Positions 1 through 7,609 are shown, counted from the first letter of the stretch. The stretch is DNA of 15,752 nt from Opitutia bacterium (GCA_050506795.1 JBJHCF010000069.1:1-15752), one strand, 5' to 3'. Notes: generated by a model from the sequence alone, not told the origin. Made by a program: numbers and translations.

Positions 1-202
1 CGTCTGTGTGGCGTGCGGACGGTTGGTCCGGGAAAGGAAGACTCCGGCTTGAAGCACGGAGCTACGGGGAAGCTCGGATGCCGTAGCGCCCTGCTTCAGC
101 GGGCGTCTGTGTGGCGTGCGGACGGTTGGTCCGGGAAAGGAAGACTCCGGCTTGAAGCACGGAGCTACGGGGAAGCTCGGATGCCGTAGCGCCCTGCTTC
201 AG
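1..202. repeat. 103-bp-period tandem array of paired, oppositely oriented GTAG-REP hairpins (BIME-like); runs off the left edge
   Basis: 1-99 is repeated exactly at 104-202. Each unit has REP-A on the minus strand (40-65, 143-168; GTAG-CTCCG-T-GC-TTCAA-GC-CGGAG-TC) and REP-B on the plus strand (83-107; GTAG-CGCCC-T-GC-TTCA-GC-GGGCG-TC). The second REP-B (186-202) is interrupted by the IS. A GTAG foot followed by an imperfect hairpin is the established REP signature. Confidence 0.9.
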
Positions 203-229
203 ACAGGCAATAAGAGCAAGTGGAAAAAT

Positions 230-1435
230 TCAGACATTTTCGCTTCTAAATTCGAAGGGTTTTTCGTCGATGAGCACGGAAACGATGCGACGTAGGTTCT
301 TGCGCATTAGGTCGATGACAACCTTCTTGTGGTGATCGCCTTCGGCTTTCTTTTTTTGATAGTAAGCGCGCAATTGAGGGTCGTGGTTGATAGAACAGAA
401 GCTGGCTTGATAAAGGGCTGTGCGGGCAGCTTCTATGCCTCGCTTGGAAAGCTTTACCTTGCCCTTGTGTGTTCCCGATTCGCGTCTTCTGGGATCAAAG
501 CCGAAGAGAGCCTGTATTTTGCGGACGGTTTTCTTTTTAGTGGGCGCCCATTCCTTGATGTCGGGCGGAAGGAACGCCGCCAGGATTGGCGTGGAGACTT
601 TGCCAAAGCCGGGACAGGAGCGGATGAGCGCCTCGGTTTTGCGCAGGGAGGGATCTTTTTGGGCGGCCTCTTTAATGGCGTGATCAAGAGCGTCGATCTG
701 GGCCGAGAGACTCTCAATGGCTTCGAGCATGTGCACGAGCGCTTGCGAGCAGGCTGTGGCAATACTTTCGGGCGTTATCGAGGCGGCGGCGGCTTTTTGG
801 AGCTCTTTCGCCTTTGCTCCCAGGCTTTCATGAAGAGCTTCCTCGGAAATCCCGGCTATTTTCCCCGGGGTCGGAGCTTTTCGTAAAAGGCCTCGAAACG
901 CGGTGCTGGTGAGCTTGAAACCGAGCGGTTTGGCCTCGGGAAAAACCAGATCGAGGAGGTCTCCGGCGGACTTGAGCAAATTGGTTCGCTGAATGCGAAT
1001 GGCGGTACGCGAACTCACCAGAGTTTGGAGTTGGATTTTGTTGTTTTGCCCGCGGTAAGAAAAGCGTACCAGTGCCTGAGCATGGATACGTCCGATCTCG
1101 CAGAGGGTGTGAGCGTCGATCCGGTCATCCTTATTGTCGCGAATCGCATTGTCAGAAGAATGCAAGCGTTTGGTCATTAAAGGATTAATTGAATAAACCT
1201 TGAATCCTTCCTCATGGAGGCGTTCGCACCAGGGCAAATGATGCCGCCCGGTGGCCTCAATGACCACAGAAGTACGTTCGGGAACGAGCCCATGGCTCGA
1301 ACAGAGCTCTCGGAAGGCGCGCCAGCCTTCCATCCGCTTGACGGCCCGGCCTTCGGCCAGTTTGGCGCCGGACTCGTTTTGGATTTGATAATAGATGCCT
1401 TTGCCGTCAGTATCGATACCGATAATCCAGTTCAT
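230..1435 (-). CDS. IS110-family transposase/recombinase (DEDD RuvC-like N-terminal domain + Transposase_20-type C-terminal domain), 401 aa
   Basis: Motifs IIGID (D), VVIEATG (E), INP, KDDRIDA (D,D), CPGFG, FGFDPRRRESG (conserved Ser of the ESG motif), LSKRG...RTALY. Strong SD AAGGAGG (1441-1447 minus) 5 nt before the ATG. Confidence 0.96.
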   Translation of the reverse strand: MNWIIGIDTDGKGIYYQIQNESGAKLAEGRAVKRMEGWRAFRELCSSHGLVPERTSVVIEATGRHHLPWCERLHEEGFKVYSINPLMTKRLHSSDNAIRDNKDDRIDAHTLCEIGRIHAQALVRFSYRGQNNKIQLQTLVSSRTAIRIQRTNLLKSAGDLLDLVFPEAKPLGFKLTSTAFRGLLRKAPTPGKIAGISEEALHESLGAKAKELQKAAAASITPESIATACSQALVHMLEAIESLSAQIDALDHAIKEAAQKDPSLRKTEALIRSCPGFGKVSTPILAAFLPPDIKEWAPTKKKTVRKIQALFGFDPRRRESGTHKGKVKLSKRGIEAARTALYQASFCSINHDPQLRAYYQKKKAEGDHHKKVVIDLMRKNLRRIVSVLIDEKPFEFRSENV

Positions 1436-1448
1436 TTTATCCTCCTTC

Positions 1449-1710
1449 GGTGGGACAGGTTAACAAGGGATCCGGCGGCTTAGGCTTATGGCCAAGTAAA
1501 CTCAGCACGAGTGTCAGGCGATAAAAACACGCCGGATAAAGGGACTCCCTCCGGGTTTTGTCTAAGGCCAACAGACGTGCTGTTCGGGCGAAACTAAAAC
1601 ACCAGAGGGAAAAACCTTTTAGCCTGTCCCACCCCTTCAAGGCAAGGGCCGGACTTCGCCGAGCTACACCCCTGCGGGGCTCCACTCGTCCGGCCCTCCA
1701 CCTCATTGTG
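1449..1710 (-). ncRNA. Putative IS110 bridge RNA (5' hairpin + target-binding loop + donor-binding loop)
   Basis: Stems seen by eye (plus-strand coordinates): 1645-1654/1688-1697 (10 bp perfect); 1449-1459/1623-1633 (11 bp perfect closing stem); 1546-1554/1602-1610 (9 bp, one G-U); 1470-1477/1530-1537 (8 bp perfect); inner hairpin AACAG/CTGTT. Loop segments match the target (CGCCCG) and donor (GCCTG, CATAAG). Ends are approximate and expression is inferred. Confidence 0.8.
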
Positions 1711-1716
1711 GGGGGA

Positions 1717-1722
1717 ACCTTA
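1717..1722 (-). promoter_or_regulatory. -10 half (TAAGGT) of a putative circle-junction promoter; -35 half (TTGCTC) at 214-219
   Basis: Joining the two ends over one CT core gives TTGCTC-ttattgcctgtCTtatg (17 nt)-TAAGGT, directed into the non-coding end. Junction promoters are established for IS110 circles. Confidence 0.6.
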
Positions 1723-1726
1723 CATA

Positions 1727-1833
1727 AGCGGGCGTCTGTGTGGCGTGCGGACGGTTGGTCCGGGAAAAGGACTCCGGCTTGAAGCACGGAGCTACGGGGA
1801 GTGCAGAACTCGTAGGGTCCTGTTTTAGCCCGC
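1727..1833. repeat. Continuation of the REP array after the IS: rest of REP-B (1729-1736), linker, REP-A (1770-1795 minus), degenerate REP-B (1812-1833)
   Basis: 1733-1800 is nearly identical to 1-70, with a small difference in the GGGAAAGGAAG tract. GTAGGGTCCTGTTTTAGCCCGC matches REP-B at 16/22 positions and has similar CTAC-to-GTAG spacing (16 vs 17 nt). Confidence 0.85.
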
Positions 1834-1919
1834 AACCCTTTTGGCCGGATACTGTCGGAGAGATCGGGTATTTTCTTTTCAGCCAGCCACTTTTCCCTCA
1901 TACAAGGGGAACCACTCCT

Positions 1920-3803
1920 ATGTTCATCTTTAAACTCCATAAACTTGGCAAGATCCTTCGGGGCAAGGCCAACGCCTTCCAACTCATTTCCGCGGCGGTT
2001 CTCGGTTCCCTCCTTGGATTTATGCCCGGCTTCAGCCAGGCCTGGGGATTGATTGCCGCGTTGCTGCTGGTGTTGATCATTCTCAACGCCAATTTGTTTT
2101 TCGCCGGTCTGATCACCTTGCTGGCCAAAGGGGTGTCGCTCCTGATCACCCCGGTGAGTTTTGCCGTGGGCCGATTTCTTCTGGAAGGCCCGACCGAAGG
2201 GCTGTTCCGTTCCATGGTCAACGCTCCGGTTCTGGCGTTTTTCGGTTTGGAATATTATGTGGTGACCGGCGGACTCCTGGTCGGCCTGATCTTCGGCCTG
2301 ATTGTCGGCGTGGGCACGGTTAAAGCGCTGAAATCCTACTGGCGGAAGATGGCCCACGCCCAGAAGGATTCCGAACGCTATAAAAAATGGTCGTCCAAAA
2401 GATGGGTCAAAGTGGTTTCCTGGATTTTCCTGGGACCGGCCAAAAAAGACACCTACGAGGACACTTTGGCCAAGGGAAATATCGGCAATCCTATTCGCAT
2501 GCTGGGCGTGGTTTTCGCCGTCCTGGTCGCAGTAGTGGCGTTTTCATTGAATCTGCTTTTTGCCGATGAAATCGTGACCCAGGCGGTGCGCGGCGGTCTG
2601 GAACGGGCCAATGGCGCCACCGTCAATCTCGAGCGAGGCGAATTGAGTTTTCGCGAGGGCCGCCTGACTCTGAACAATCTGGCGATGGCCGACCCCGATG
2701 ACCTGGGTACGGATCTCTTTCGGGCGGCGTTGATCCAAGCCGACATCGACACCCGCGACCTCCTGCGCAAACGCTGGACCATCAACCGCCTGGTCATCAG
2801 CGAGGGCCGGCAGGGTGAGCCTCGAACCTTTCCCGGGATACTGACCCAACCACGGCCGCGTCCGGCTCCCGATCCCGATCTGGACCCGGATGAGAAGACG
2901 ATCGAGGACTATTTGCGGGACGCTCAAAAATGGCGGGAACGCCTTGCCCAGGTGCGTCATTGGCTGGATGTGCTTTCCGGGCCGGACGACGAGGAGTTGG
3001 AGCTTCCTCCCGATGTCGATCCGGAGGACGTCCCTATGCGCGAAACGCGGCGGGAGCGCATTGCCCGCGAAATTCGTGAAAAAGGTTACGATCAGGTGAT
3101 CGCCCGTCATTTGATCGAGGACAGTCCGCGCCTCCTGATTAGGGATATGACCGCCGAGCGGGTGCGGACGCGTCACCTGGAAGACGATACCCTCGACATT
3201 ACCGGCCAAAACCTCTCCACCAATCCCCGGTTGGTGCCGGAAGCACCGCGCCTCTCCATCCGTTCCAGCAGCGGGGACCTGGTTTTCGACCTGGCGTTGG
3301 GTGCCGCCGCCGCCCTGCGGGCCTCCAACGACCTGGAACTCGTGTACCGGAACCTGCCTTCCGATTTGATCGGCCGCCAACTGGCCGTTTCGGGCGAATC
3401 GCCGGTTTCCGGCGGCACCTTCGACTTTGAGACATCGGGACGTTTGAGCAAAATCGACAGCGACCTTCCGGTGCGGGTCACCCTCAAAAACACCACCCTG
3501 ACCATTCCCGGGGTGGGGCAAACCGACATCGACGAACTGACCCTGCCCATCGGCATCCGGGGAGCGATTGACAATCCTAGAATTTCCTTCGACGACCGCG
3601 ACCTGGCCGACGCTCTCGCCGCCGCCGGTCGCCGCGAGCTGGAAAGCCGTCTCCGGCAGGAATTGTCCGACCGTATCGGCGGTGACGTGGAGGACCGGGT
3701 GCGCGACGAAATCAGGGACCGGGTCGGTGAGGAAACCGAGGAACGGGTACGCGACGAAGTTGAAGAGCGCGGCCGTGACCTCCTCGATCGATTCCGGCGT
3801 TGA
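1920..3803 (+). CDS. Membrane protein: TIGR03546/DUF2062-like N-terminal domain fused to a TIGR03545/AsmA-like domain, ~627 aa
   Basis: Start moved to ATG 1920 (SD-like AAGGGGA at 1904-1910) because the longer ORF begins inside the REP array. Hydrophobic N-terminus (QLISAAVLGSLLGFMP...LNAN...MVNAPVLAFFGLEYYVVTGGLLVGL), then IRMLG...GLERANGATVNL...LAMADPDD...DLLRKRWTINRLVI, which resembles AsmA-like N-termini. Family assignment is from recall. Confidence 0.7.
   Translation: MFIFKLHKLGKILRGKANAFQLISAAVLGSLLGFMPGFSQAWGLIAALLLVLIILNANLFFAGLITLLAKGVSLLITPVSFAVGRFLLEGPTEGLFRSMVNAPVLAFFGLEYYVVTGGLLVGLIFGLIVGVGTVKALKSYWRKMAHAQKDSERYKKWSSKRWVKVVSWIFLGPAKKDTYEDTLAKGNIGNPIRMLGVVFAVLVAVVAFSLNLLFADEIVTQAVRGGLERANGATVNLERGELSFREGRLTLNNLAMADPDDLGTDLFRAALIQADIDTRDLLRKRWTINRLVISEGRQGEPRTFPGILTQPRPRPAPDPDLDPDEKTIEDYLRDAQKWRERLAQVRHWLDVLSGPDDEELELPPDVDPEDVPMRETRRERIAREIREKGYDQVIARHLIEDSPRLLIRDMTAERVRTRHLEDDTLDITGQNLSTNPRLVPEAPRLSIRSSSGDLVFDLALGAAAALRASNDLELVYRNLPSDLIGRQLAVSGESPVSGGTFDFETSGRLSKIDSDLPVRVTLKNTTLTIPGVGQTDIDELTLPIGIRGAIDNPRISFDDRDLADALAAAGRRELESRLRQELSDRIGGDVEDRVRDEIRDRVGEETEERVRDEVEERGRDLLDRFRR
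3669..3764 (+). repeat. Imperfect 48-nt (16-aa) tandem duplication in the charged C-terminal tail
   Basis: DRIGGDVEDRVRDEIR / DRVGEETEERVRDEVE; DNA GAGGACCGGGTGCGCGACGAA vs GAGGAACGGGTACGCGACGAA. Confidence 0.7.
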
Positions 3804-4090
3804 GGAATCAGTCGCGCCGATCTTTAGACGGGCCGAACCGGCCGAGTGATCAAGAACGTTTCCCGAATACAAAGTTCTTCCAAGAGCCCGATCGGCGACC
3901 CCGCGCCATTTTCAGTAATCAAAAACCGGTTTTTTGTTATTGACATTTTTCTGTCCGATACACGAAATGCTGATCGTGACAATTCGGCGGGCTTATATCC
4001 TTTTGTCGTAAGGACTGGGTCCCCGGGCGGTTTATCCGCCCCAGGAGCGGTTTCTCTGATCCTACACCAACAACCGACATTTTTGTTGTT

Positions 4091-4612
4091 ATGAGATCCC
4101 TCATTCGCCTACCGGCGCTTTTACTCGCGGGGTTATTCGGCTCCGCGGCCGTCGCTTCGGCGGCCATTGTTGTTTTTAATTTCGAACTGACTCCGGAGCA
4201 GGAGACCGCGACGGTGGTTTCGGATGGGTTTGGATTCGCTAATGTGACCTTGGACACCGACACGAATGAATTGACCTGGGAAGTCACCTTTCAAGATTTG
4301 ACCTCAGGACTGACGGCAGCCCACTTTCATGGACCGGCGGATTTTGGCGAGGACACAGGGTTTTTCGTCAATATGAACCCCGAAACGGGAGTGACATCCG
4401 GGGTGCTCTTGGGATCAGATTTCATCTCGGAAACCGAGGCGGGATGGATTCTCGACGGTATGACTTACATCAACCTGCACACGGAGATGTTCGGCCCCGG
4501 TGAAATCCGCGGTCAGGTCGTTCCTGAACCGCGGACCTACGCTCTCGTCGCCGGGATTCTCGCTTTGGGCGGGGCCATTTTCTGGCGCCGCCGGAGAGCC
4601 CGACAGGGGTGA
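4091..4612 (+). CDS. Exported CHRD-domain protein with PEP-CTERM sorting signal, 173 aa
   Basis: Signal peptide ending ...VASA; CHRD motifs LTPEQE, TAAHFHGPA, YINLHTEMFGPGEIRGQV; C-terminal VPEP + TM helix + RRRR. Confidence 0.93.
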   Translation: MRSLIRLPALLLAGLFGSAAVASAAIVVFNFELTPEQETATVVSDGFGFANVTLDTDTNELTWEVTFQDLTSGLTAAHFHGPADFGEDTGFFVNMNPETGVTSGVLLGSDFISETEAGWILDGMTYINLHTEMFGPGEIRGQVVPEPRTYALVAGILALGGAIFWRRRRARQG

Positions 4613-4653
4613 TGGTTTTAGTGTGAGTGCAAGGGGGTGCGACCAAGAGAAGG

Positions 4654-4690
4654 AAGCGGCGCGGTTTTGAGTCCGCGCCGCTTTTCTTTT
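4654..4690 (+). terminator. Intrinsic terminator between convergent genes (possibly bidirectional)
   Basis: AAGCGGCGCGG (4654-4664)/CCGCGCCGCTT (4673-4683) stem followed by TTCTTTT; purine-rich run on the other side. Confidence 0.8.
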
Positions 4691-4723
4691 CCGGGAGCGG
4701 GCCGCTTCCCGCTTTTCCGCTCC

Positions 4724-6217
4724 TCATTTCACCGCCAGCACCACTACGGATTTCGGGGGAATGACGGCGTGGAGTTTGCCGTCCCGGAGGGAGGCGTTTT
4801 CGAAGGTGGCGGGTTTCACTTTTTCCGGATCCTCAAAGGTGTTGTGATCGGAGAGCGTTTCCGCGGTCAGGATGGCGCCGGTGACTGCTTGAGGCGCGGC
4901 GCCTTTGAGTTCGACCGAGATCTCGGAGGGTTGATGGGGGTCGATGTTGACCAGGGAAACGTGCAGGACGCCGTCGTCGTTTCTCGACGCGCAGGCGCTG
5001 AGGGCCGGCAATCCGCCGCCGGCGCGGGAGTAGCGACCGCAGCGCAGGTTGATCGGCAGCAGCTGGGCGTCGTGGTGGACCTGATACATGTCGAAAACAT
5101 GGTAGGTCGGGGTCAGCACCATTTTTGGGCCGTCGGTCAGGATGGGCGCCTGCAGGACGTTGACCAGTTGGGCGATATTGGCCATGCGGATACGGTCGCA
5201 GCGGGCGTTGAAATAGTTCAGCGAAATTCCAGCCACGAAGGCGTCGCGCAGGGTGTTCTGCTGATAGAGGAACCCGGGGTTGGTGCCGGGTTCGACGTCG
5301 AACCAGGTGCCCCATTCGTCCACCACCATGGCGACTTCCTTCTTCGGGTCGTAGCGGTCCATGATGGCGATGTGTTTGTCGATCACCCGTTCGATGGCCA
5401 GACAGCGATCCAGGGTGTCGAAGTACCCGTCTTCGTCGAATCCGGTGGCCGGTCCTTTGTTCTCCCAATCGGTGGTATAATGGTGCAGTGAGAGACCCCA
5501 CATCATGCGCGCCGGGATGTTTTTCATCAGCACTTCGGTCCAGTTATAGTCGTCCACATTGGCGCCTCCGGCGATCTTGCGAATCCGGTGCTCGCCGTAG
5601 CTGCGGGCGAAGGTGGCGTAGCGCCGGTAGAGGTCGGCGTAATACTCGGCGCGCATGTTGCCGCCGCAACCCCAGTTTTCGTTGCCGATGCCCCAGTAGG
5701 TGACGTTCCAGGGGGCGTCGCGACCGTTTTCCTGGCGGAGATCGGTCATGGGACTCTTGCCGTCGAAATTGACGTATTCCACCCATTTGGAAATCTCCTC
5801 CACCGTCCCGCTGCCGACGTTGCCGACGATGACCGGGTCGGTTTCGAGTTGGGCGCAGAGGTCGAGAAATTCGTGCGTGCCGAAGGCATTGTTCTCGGTG
5901 ACGCCGCCCCAGTGCGTATTGATCATGGTCGGACGTTTTTCCCGCGGCCCAATGCCGTCGCGCCAGTGGTATTCGTCGGCGAAACACCCGCCCGGCCAGC
6001 GCAGGTTGGGAATCCGGATCTTCTTCAGCGCCCGCACCACGTCACTGCGAATGCCCCGTACGTTGGGAATGGGAGAGTCCTCGCCGACCCAGAGACCGCC
6101 GTAGATGCAGTGCCCGAGATGTTCGGAGAAATGGCCGTAAAGGTGACGGCTTATGACGGGTCCGGGAGATCCGGCGTCGATGTTGATGCGGGCTTGTTTG
6201 TTTTCCGATGTGCTCAT
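4724..6217 (-). CDS. abfA: Alpha-L-arabinofuranosidase, GH51, ~497 aa, no signal peptide
   Basis: [46 protein letters not shown] (acid/base Glu), VVDEWGTW (nucleophile Glu), [12 protein letters not shown]. Start placed at MSTSENK (6217); the longer ORF overlaps the divergent thioesterase. Confidence 0.95.
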   Translation of the reverse strand: MSTSENKQARINIDAGSPGPVISRHLYGHFSEHLGHCIYGGLWVGEDSPIPNVRGIRSDVVRALKKIRIPNLRWPGGCFADEYHWRDGIGPREKRPTMINTHWGGVTENNAFGTHEFLDLCAQLETDPVIVGNVGSGTVEEISKWVEYVNFDGKSPMTDLRQENGRDAPWNVTYWGIGNENWGCGGNMRAEYYADLYRRYATFARSYGEHRIRKIAGGANVDDYNWTEVLMKNIPARMMWGLSLHHYTTDWENKGPATGFDEDGYFDTLDRCLAIERVIDKHIAIMDRYDPKKEVAMVVDEWGTWFDVEPGTNPGFLYQQNTLRDAFVAGISLNYFNARCDRIRMANIAQLVNVLQAPILTDGPKMVLTPTYHVFDMYQVHHDAQLLPINLRCGRYSRAGGGLPALSACASRNDDGVLHVSLVNIDPHQPSEISVELKGAAPQAVTGAILTAETLSDHNTFEDPEKVKPATFENASLRDGKLHAVIPPKSVVVLAVK

Positions 6218-6347
6218 GGGTGCTTCGGTGAAAAAATTGCGGACAGGTTTGCAACAGTTTCTATGCCCTATCCGGAGCGCCGGGCAAGGGAATTGCGGGC
6301 GTATCAATGGGCGTGACAACGGGGACGGGCTGGTGGAAGATCCCGGT

Positions 6348-6794
6348 ATGTCGAAGCCATTCACCTTCACTCGCCGGGTGCAGTTCGCCGAGACCGACAT
6401 GGCGGGGATTGTCCATTTTTCGGCGTTTTTCCGTTACATGGAGGAAGCGGAAACCGCGTTCTGGCGATCGTTGGGGTTGTCGATGATCCTGCGGGAAAAG
6501 GGTCTGGAAATTGGTTGGCCTAAGGTTCGGGCGGTTTGTGATTACCGGCACCCCGTAAAATTCGAGGACCTCCTGGAGGTCGATTTGACCGTGGCTGAGA
6601 TCGGAACGCGGTCGTTGCGATTCGGTTTCGTCTTTCGTTGTCCGGAAGGTTCCGGCGAGGATGGGGTGGATGAGGTGGCCCGGGGCGAAATGACCGTGGT
6701 TTGCCTGCCGCTGAATTTTTCGGACAAACCGCGCGCCATGGTTATTCCCGAGGCGATTCGCGTCAAATTGGAGGCGGCGCGTGATGGGGGTTGA
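6348..6794 (+). CDS. Acyl-CoA thioesterase, hot-dog fold (4HBT/YbgC family), ~148 aa
   Basis: [26 protein letters not shown]...[15 protein letters not shown]...IGTRSL; start placed at ATG 6348. Confidence 0.9.
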   Translation: MSKPFTFTRRVQFAETDMAGIVHFSAFFRYMEEAETAFWRSLGLSMILREKGLEIGWPKVRAVCDYRHPVKFEDLLEVDLTVAEIGTRSLRFGFVFRCPEGSGEDGVDEVARGEMTVVCLPLNFSDKPRAMVIPEAIRVKLEAARDGG

Positions 6795-6841
6795 CGTTGC
6801 GGGTGCCGGGGGTCCGTCGCCGGGGCGATCGGCCGAAACCG

Positions 6842-7609
6842 TCAGTGCCCGAGGGCGCCGAAACGCAGCACGGTGTGGCTGGCGCGTCCGGATCGCAGGC
6901 AGGTCAGGTCGGTGAGCGCCTCCTGGGCGCTTTCCTGCGGCAGTTGAAAGTGGAAGCGAAACCGGTCGTCCAAGGTGCGCCGGTAAAGACTTCCCAGGTT
7001 CATACGGCCGGGGCGGGTGCGTTCGATTCCGCTTTCGCGGGCGTAGGGAAACGGGAAGTTGATGTTGTGCACTTCCGTTTCCCGGTTGTCTCCCCCGGCC
7101 AATTGACCGGCGATTTCGGCGGCGGTCTCGCAGGAGGCTTGCAGGGTGAGTTCGGTTTCGGGGGCCAGGGGAAGCGGCCGGGATTTGAGGAGCTGGAACT
7201 GTTCCGGAGGCAGTTGCAGGGAGAACGCCGCCGCCGGGAATCCGAGAAGGGCGCCCTCCAGTGCCGCCGCTACGGTGCCGGAACTGAGAATCAACGGCAG
7301 ACTGGCGTTGAAGCCAATGTTGATGCCGGATACCACCAGGTCGGGGTTGCGCGGCAGGAGGTGCCCGACGGCGAGGTTGACGCAATCGGCCGGAGTACCC
7401 TCCACCCGCCAGGCGGCACAGGGAAACCCCTCGGCTTCTTCCAGCCGGATGTCCCGGTGCCGGCTCATCGCCTTGCCGATCCAGCTTTGTTCGCCTGCCG
7501 GGGCGGCTACATAGACTTCGGCCTGCCGATCGAGTGCGGAAACCAGCGCGCGCAGGAAGGGGGCGTCAATGCCGTCATCATTGCTGACCAGAATAAGCGG
7601 GCGAACCAT
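6842..7609 (-). CDS. surE: 5'/3'-nucleotidase SurE, 255 aa
   Basis: ILVSNDDG, VAAPAGEQS, GTPADCV, DLVVSGINIGFN, SSGTVAAALEG motifs. Confidence 0.96.
   Translation of the reverse strand: MVRPLILVSNDDGIDAPFLRALVSALDRQAEVYVAAPAGEQSWIGKAMSRHRDIRLEEAEGFPCAAWRVEGTPADCVNLAVGHLLPRNPDLVVSGINIGFNASLPLILSSGTVAAALEGALLGFPAAAFSLQLPPEQFQLLKSRPLPLAPETELTLQASCETAAEIAGQLAGGDNRETEVHNINFPFPYARESGIERTRPGRMNLGSLYRRTLDDRFRFHFQLPQESAQEALTDLTCLRSGRASHTVLRFGALGH

Larger units (their letters stand above)
201..1728 (-). mobile_element. IS110-family insertion sequence (IS110 group), complete; 1526 bp counting one core
   Basis: The repeat breaks at ...CTGCTTC-AG (201-202) and resumes at AG-CGGGCGTCTGTG (1727-1740). AG (CT on the element strand) is at both junctions. 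One DEDD recombinase ORF, a long 5' non-coding end (1436-1726), a 27-bp 3' end (203-229), and no terminal inverted repeats seen. Confidence 0.95.

Noticed and set aside
55..61. CACGGAG shared between REP-A and the 15303 hairpin
   Set aside because: Seven-base match only; architectures differ (no GTAG foot), so no relationship is claimed.
1661..1667. GAGCTAC inside the RNA's 5' hairpin matching the REP-A foot
   Set aside because: Only 7 nt, not at the insertion site, and partly engaged in a stem; chance is plausible.
201..1728. AG duplication as a classical target-site duplication, or the element as IS1111-type
   Set aside because: IS110 enzymes recombine at a shared core. No sub-terminal inverted repeats were seen, and the long non-coding end is upstream of the ORF, which fits the IS110 group.
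1..1800. Repeat array as a CRISPR array
   Set aside because: Intervening sequences are identical rather than unique spacers, the hairpins alternate in orientation, and no cas genes are present; it fits REP/BIME.
1437..2357. 306-aa minus-strand ORF and the 1740 start of the plus-strand ORF
   Set aside because: The former is an antisense shadow crossing the IS boundary and REPs; the latter starts inside the repeat, whereas ATG 1920 has an SD.
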